In this document: piece by piece, positions 59,021-64,000 of the stretch
Layout of the letters: each line of letters starts with the position of its first letter
How positions within the stretch are numbered: position 1 is the stretch's first letter
From: Bryobacterales bacterium
GTDB lineage: Bacteria; Acidobacteriota; Terriglobia; Bryobacterales; UBA6623
Assembly (NCBI GenBank): GCA_028819255.1
Contig: JAPPMB010000064.1
Coordinates: 93,478-157,477, forward strand
Length of the DNA stretch: 64,000 nt
Direction of reading: 5' to 3'
The notes under the pieces: model-generated
Databases searched by the model: none
Told to the model about the DNA's origin: nothing
What the model saw: the letters and a program-made list of their open reading frames with translations, nothing else
Translations under genes and position numbers: made by a program

Positions 59021-60094
59021 CTAACGTCTCCCTGCACCTGCAGTCTGACTGCCCGTGTCGTCCAGCCCAGCCGACCAGCCAGAGCCCAGACTTCCGGAAG
59101 TCCGCGTAAGCAGGGTCTTGAGAGCTTTGCTGAAAGTGCTGGCCGGCGTGTAGCCCTCCACTCGCTCCAGCAGTTCACCGTCCCTGCCTATGATCAAGCT
59201 GGTTGGAATCGCGTTGATCTGGTAGCTCTGCATCGCACTGCCGTCCCCGTCGTGCAGCGAGGGGTAGTCGATATCGTGCTCTCTCAGGTACCGCTGGGCG
59301 GTTTCCGGATCCTCGTCGCTCACGCCGAGCACGACGAGGCCGTCATCGGAATGCCGCTCATGAAGCTGCTGCAGGTGCGGCAATTCCTGACGGCAGGGCT
59401 CGCACCATGACGCCCAGAAATTCAGAAGAACGACGTTGCCGCGCAGCTTGGACAGGCTCCAAGGTTTGCCTTCCAGCGAAGCGAGCACGAAGTCCGGCAC
59501 CCGGCTGCCCCTTGCCAGATGGGGACCGCGCTTGCGGAGAGAGAGGGAGCCGGGCTGACGGACGCCGAAATTCTTTGCGAACCGGCGCGCGAATTCGTCG
59601 AGTATCGCGCGCCGCAGCTTCGAGTCGCGGGGCAGCGCCAGCTCTGCGCATCGGTGCGGATCCCCGGAGTGCAGGCCCAGTCGATGCCGGCTGCCACGAC
59701 TCGCGAGCCAGCGTGACAGCTCCACCGCATGTGTTGCGCCAAGGAAGCCTGCCAGGGAATACGGGCCAAGGAGATAGTAGAGCGGCACTCCCGGGAGCGT
59801 TGCAAGCCAGTACTGCTTGTCGAGTAGCGACCAGTGTGCAGGCGCGCGATTCCGCTGGAGTCGGATCGCCTCGTAGCCGAACGTCTCCGAATCGTTTCCG
59901 TGCAATTCGACGGTCACGTGCGTGTCCGTGAACACGAGCCTTGCCGGGCGCAGCCTCGTTCCTTCGATGCGAGCGCGGAGCCCCTTCGAATAGACCGCGG
60001 GTTCAGGACTCGGCAAAGGGCTCGCAGAGGCCGTTCCCAAGTGGAATGCGAGCCCCAGCGCGGCACCCGTTGTCAGGGTCCTAGTTCTGCCCAT
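59021..60094 (-). CDS. TlpA/ResA-like thiol-disulfide oxidoreductase with an uncharacterised N-terminal domain
   Basis: PDFVL, LLNFWASWCEPCRQE and IPTS motifs; SD AAGGAGG before ATG60094. Confidence 0.82.
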   Translation of the reverse strand: MGRTRTLTTGAALGLAFHLGTASASPLPSPEPAVYSKGLRARIEGTRLRPARLVFTDTHVTVELHGNDSETFGYEAIRLQRNRAPAHWSLLDKQYWLATLPGVPLYYLLGPYSLAGFLGATHAVELSRWLASRGSRHRLGLHSGDPHRCAELALPRDSKLRRAILDEFARRFAKNFGVRQPGSLSLRKRGPHLARGSRVPDFVLASLEGKPWSLSKLRGNVVLLNFWASWCEPCRQELPHLQQLHERHSDDGLVVLGVSDEDPETAQRYLREHDIDYPSLHDGDGSAMQSYQINAIPTSLIIGRDGELLERVEGYTPASTFSKALKTLLTRTSGSLGSGWSAGLDDTGSQTAGAGRR

Positions 60095-60688
60095 GGAATC
60101 CTCCTTCCTTGCCGCCCTCTCGCGACGGCGATTCGACGCGCTCGATCGCCGAGACAATCCGCCGGTTCTCAGGTTCAACCAATCAGACGACGAGGCGGTG
60201 AGGAACGAGTACCGACTTGAACTGACGCCCTCGAGAAGTTCGCCGCCCCTGCTGGGGACCAAGGCCACGCGGCCGAAGTGCCGCACTGCTCGAATCGGTC
60301 GCCAGATCGCGAGACCGGACGGCGTCTTGCCAGTGTGCAGGGCAAGCGGCACTGGCTTGTTGAGCCCCGCGTGACCGACAAGCGCCGGCCGGAATGGGCA
60401 TTGAGCGGCGAGAGCTGCCGGCCGTCGCACATCCCTCGCCGGAATTGTCAACATCCGGACTGATCGCCGGTGCGGAAGGACTGGCACAAGCGATCGACGA
60501 GTGCGGACGACATGCGCACACCTCGACGACTGAGGGCGCGTCCTACCCCGATTTCACTGTGGGCGGCGAGCGGGGGGCGCGGCCGCTTTCCGGCACCCGG
60601 ATGGCGGACACAGCTGCTGGTCTATTCGATCAACCCTCTCAGGTGTGCTGTCTCTCGAGAGCTCGCGTCCTTGAACCGTGCGGCTTGC

Positions 60689-61591
60689 TTATAGATCGGA
60701 GAGGGCCTCGCCTATCGTTTCGTATCGAAAAGTGAAGCCGGCATCTGCCGCCGCCTTGGGGACGACACGCTGGGAGGCGAGCAGCACCTCCGCGAACTCG
60801 CCGAGTGCCAGTCGAAGAGCGAAGCCCGGGGCGGGGAACAGCGTTGGTCGACTCACCGCGTGCCCCAATGCCTTGGTGAAGCCTAGGTTGCTGACGGGGT
60901 TCGGCGCGCTGCCGTTGACCGGTCCGCGCAGCGATTCGTTTTCCGCAGCGAACACGAACAGTCTGGCCAGATCTTCCACCCGAATCCACGGCATCCACTG
61001 GCGGCCGCTTCCCAGCCTCCCACCAAAGCCGAGCCTGAAGATGGGACGAAGTCTCGCCAGTGCGCCGCCTTCCTTGCCGAGGACCAGTCCGACCCTAATG
61101 GTGACCACGCGCACGCCGAATTCCTCGGCGCGCATTGCCTCCGACTCCCACGCATGGCAAACGTCGGCGAGGAACCCCGCCGCCCTCGGCGAATGCTCGT
61201 CGAGGATCTCGTCGCCGCGGTCTCCGTAGGCGCCGACGGCCGACGCCGACACCAGCACTGGAGGACAGTCCTTCAGGTTTCGCATGCCCGCGACAAGATT
61301 TCGTGTGCCGAGGACCCTGCTGTCGCGGATGCGGGCCTTCTTGCTGGCCGTCCAGCGACCTTCCGCCACAGGCTCGCCCGCCAGGTGAAACACCGCCTCG
61401 CACCCGTCAAGCGACTCGGGGGGCGGCTGGCCGCTGTTCGGAATCCAGCGGAAGCATGCGGCCTTCCAGAGTTCCGAAGGGGCCGATTCCGGCGACCGAG
61501 TGAGAACGTTTGGAGTCTCGATCAGTCCGCAGAGATGTTTGCCGACAAATCCCGTGCCGCCTGTGACGAGAGCCTTGAGCATGTGCCTCAT
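60689..61591 (-). CDS. TIGR01777 family (YfcH-like) NAD-dependent epimerase
   Basis: TGGTGFVG, HLAGE, DSRVLGT, SASAVGAYG, FLADVCHAWE, LGSGRQWMPWI and SQRVVP motifs. Confidence 0.92.
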   Translation of the reverse strand: MRHMLKALVTGGTGFVGKHLCGLIETPNVLTRSPESAPSELWKAACFRWIPNSGQPPPESLDGCEAVFHLAGEPVAEGRWTASKKARIRDSRVLGTRNLVAGMRNLKDCPPVLVSASAVGAYGDRGDEILDEHSPRAAGFLADVCHAWESEAMRAEEFGVRVVTIRVGLVLGKEGGALARLRPIFRLGFGGRLGSGRQWMPWIRVEDLARLFVFAAENESLRGPVNGSAPNPVSNLGFTKALGHAVSRPTLFPAPGFALRLALGEFAEVLLASQRVVPKAAADAGFTFRYETIGEALSDL

Positions 61592-62157
61592 CCTACATGG
61601 AGGTTGCCTTGGGACCGACCTGAGATCACATCGCGTCAGAAACAGCTCGGTTTCGGAGCATGCGGGCAGCAGTTGGTCAGCGGCCCGGCGTCCTAGGCGT
61701 TTAGGTTGGGAACCGCAGGAGCCGATGGCGAGCCGGCGTTTCATGTCGAGGTCTATCCACTCAGGCTGCGCACTCATGGTACGAAACGGGCGCCGCCACC
61801 ACCAAGCCGGTACTGGAGAAGCGCCCAAGCGTCGCTCCCGCACCCGTTAGATCGCGCGACCTGCCAGATGCCTGTTGATGTCCCCGGACCATCGTCGAGC
61901 GCATGATCTTCCTCAGGCTGTCCTCCCGAGGTGCGGTGTGGCGGCGGGATTGAGGTCCCGTGTAGGATCCCGGCCGGAATTGTGCGCTTTTCTGCGATCC
62001 ACTGGGAGCGCTCCTTTCGCTCGGGCAGACCGTAGCGCAACCCAACTCCACCCTCCGACCAAATGCCCAGCGAGGGTTCCATGGGATCCCAACACAAGAC
62101 CTGCCGATTCTCGAGCGGGATCTTGCCCTCGCATGGGTGCGGCTATCATGGACTCTC

Positions 62158-63441
62158 ATGTCGTTTGCCGACTGCCTGCGAATTGCAGCCCTGTTCGGAA
62201 CCGCGGTGTCGGCGCTCGCGGTCGAGAAGCCGAACATCGTCTTCATACTCGCCGACGATGTTGGCGACCAGGCAATCGGCTGCTACGGCGGAACCTCCTA
62301 CTCCACTCCCCGAGTCGATCGATTGGCGGCCGGCGGTGCGCGATTTCGCCATTGCTACTCAATGCCCGTTTGCCATCCCACGCGCGTCACGCTAATGACC
62401 GGGAAGTATCCGTTTCGGGTCGGTAATGCGCCTTGGGGAACTTTTCCAAAGGCCCTTGAGGGCGAGACGATTGCAAACCGACTGAAAGAGCTTGGCTACG
62501 CGACCGCCGTGGCGGGAAAGTGGCAGCTGACCCTGCTTCGGGAAGATCCCGACCACCCGAAGCGTCTCGGATTCGACCGCTGGTCGCTGTTCGGCTGGCA
62601 TGAGGGTCCCAGATACTATCGACCGCTGATCTACGAGGACGGGAGGATCCGGCCGGACGTGGGTGACCGCTACGGTCCGGACGTCTACGTTGATCTCCTT
62701 GTCGAATTCATGCGCGCCAACCGCGAAAAGCCGTTCTTCGCCTTCTACTCGATGGCGCTGGCTCACGACGTGACCGACGATATCGGTCATCCGCCCCCGC
62801 TCGGCCCGCAAGGCCACTACGACAGCTACGGGCGAATGGTCGAAAACATGGATGAGCTCGTTGGCCGGCTGGTCGATGCTGCGGAAGAGCTGGGAATTCG
62901 TGAGAGGACGCTCTTTCTGTTCACTGCCGACAACGGCTCTCCAAGGGCGAGCTACTACACCGCCCAGGGCAACGAGATGCTGAAGCAGCCCATCGAGTTT
63001 ACGTGGAACGGAAGCACCTACCGCGGCGGAAAGGGCGAGCTGACGGACGGCGGGACCCGTGTCCCTCTTGTTGCGAACTGGCCGGGTACGATTCCCGCCG
63101 GGCAGGTCGTGGACGACCTTGTGGATTTCAGCGACTGGCTTCCAACATTCGTGGAACTAGCCGGAGGAACGGCCGGGGCCAGTCTGGACGGAGTGAGCCT
63201 CGCCGGCCGCCTGCGTGGCGGGGAGGGGTCGGGCCGGAATTGGGCTTACGCTTCCGGGCGCGGCGGCCAATGGGTCCGGACGCAGCGCTGGAAACTCTAT
63301 GACGACGGTCGCCTCTTTGACATGGCCGGAGGGCGCGAGGAGGTCGAGCCGGTCTCGATCAGCCAGGCTTCCGCCGAGGCCCGGCGTGCCAGAGCGGAGC
63401 TCGAGGCAGCCGCTCGCCTCGTTGCCCGCACTGATCGCTAG
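62158..63441 (+). CDS. Sulfatase (Cys-type, CHPTR), secreted
   Basis: KPNIVFILADD, MPVCHPTR, AGKWQ, TADNG and GGKGELTDGGTRVP motifs. Confidence 0.92.
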   Translation: MSFADCLRIAALFGTAVSALAVEKPNIVFILADDVGDQAIGCYGGTSYSTPRVDRLAAGGARFRHCYSMPVCHPTRVTLMTGKYPFRVGNAPWGTFPKALEGETIANRLKELGYATAVAGKWQLTLLREDPDHPKRLGFDRWSLFGWHEGPRYYRPLIYEDGRIRPDVGDRYGPDVYVDLLVEFMRANREKPFFAFYSMALAHDVTDDIGHPPPLGPQGHYDSYGRMVENMDELVGRLVDAAEELGIRERTLFLFTADNGSPRASYYTAQGNEMLKQPIEFTWNGSTYRGGKGELTDGGTRVPLVANWPGTIPAGQVVDDLVDFSDWLPTFVELAGGTAGASLDGVSLAGRLRGGEGSGRNWAYASGRGGQWVRTQRWKLYDDGRLFDMAGGREEVEPVSISQASAEARRARAELEAAARLVARTDR

Positions 63442-63450
63442 GCTGCTTCC

Positions 63451-64000
63451 TTGAGAGCGCTTCTCCTTGGGGCCGGCGGCCAGCTCGGTATCGATCTGGT
63501 CCGCGAGTGCCGAGGCCGGGGCCATGAAGTCCATGCCTTGTGCCGGGACGACTGCGACATTGCGGACGAGGAGTCCGTGCGGAGCGAGATTCGGGATTTC
63601 CGGCCCGACTGGGTCATCAACGCAGCAGCCTACAATCACGTGGATCGAGCGGAGAGGGAACCTGAGAACGCCCTCCGGGTGAACGCGCTCGCCGTCCGGA
63701 CGATCGCCGGGGCCTGCCAGCGGCTGGGAGCCACGTTGCTGCACTTTTCGACCGACTATGTGTTTGGCGGCGACAAGGATACCCCGTACGAAGAGAAAGA
63801 CATGCCCGCTCCCCGCTCGGCCTACGGTGTTTCGAAGCTGGCGGGGGAGCTGTTCGTCCAGCACGGTTGCGCGCGCCACTACGTGCTGCGGGTGGCGGGC
63901 CTGTACGGGCCCCCGGGCCGCTACACGAAGCGCGGCAACTTCGTGGAGTTCGTTTTGCGAGGGTGCGCCGCGGGCGTCCGCCTTAGAATTGCGGAAGACT
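63451..64000 (+). CDS. rfbD: dTDP-4-dehydrorhamnose reductase (runs off the window edge)
   Basis: Manual translation from TTG63451: MRALLLGAGGQLG...INAAAYNHVDRAE...HFSTDYVFGG...YGVSKLAGE. Confidence 0.93.
   Translation, partial: MRALLLGAGGQLGIDLVRECRGRGHEVHALCRDDCDIADEESVRSEIRDFRPDWVINAAAYNHVDRAEREPENALRVNALAVRTIAGACQRLGATLLHFSTDYVFGGDKDTPYEEKDMPAPRSAYGVSKLAGELFVQHGCARHYVLRVAGLYGPPGRYTKRGNFVEFVLRGCAAGVRLRIAED

Noticed and set aside
1-64000. tRNA, rRNA, tmRNA, RNase P, SRP RNA, CRISPR array, integrase or defence system
   Set aside because: No hallmark sequences or regularly spaced repeats were recognised by eye. A covariance-model scan would be needed to exclude divergent RNAs.

Overview
A GC-rich, gene-dense bacterial chromosome segment. 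It is most likely Acidobacteriota (Bryobacterales/Solibacter-like), inferred from a TIGR03437-like C-terminal-domain protein, a small RRGRRPxW protein, a POTRA-only protein and several Tat-signal enzymes. About 45 CDS are supported. Housekeeping genes include serS, priA, mltG, ruvX, nadE, nadK, tlyA, thiL, surE, amt and rfbD. Envelope and catabolic genes include four Cys-type sulfatases, a sodium:solute symporter, an Nramp-type transporter, a beta-lactamase-fold/NamZ fusion, a YjhG/YagF dehydratase, an RspA-type enolase and an NHLRC2-like thioredoxin-NHL protein. I found no rRNA, tRNA, CRISPR array or intact transposase. The most unusual signals are outside intact genes. (1) A collapsed CRTAC1/ASPIC-UnbV pseudogene contains an exact 37-bp inverted copy of the nadK catalytic-motif codons from 1.4 kb away. 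(2) A ~385-bp MITE-like element with 22-bp terminal inverted repeats abuts the surE stop. (3) At least 12 genes have a -10 box 5-8 nt before the start codon, implying widespread leaderless mRNAs. (4) A 79-aa H-NS/Lsr2-like protein has a near-consensus promoter and a leader with alternative pairings, next to a 2.3-kb stretch with no intact gene. (5) A long, hairpin-rich leader precedes an amt gene that lacks glnK. All product calls come from motif recognition by eye, not database searches.
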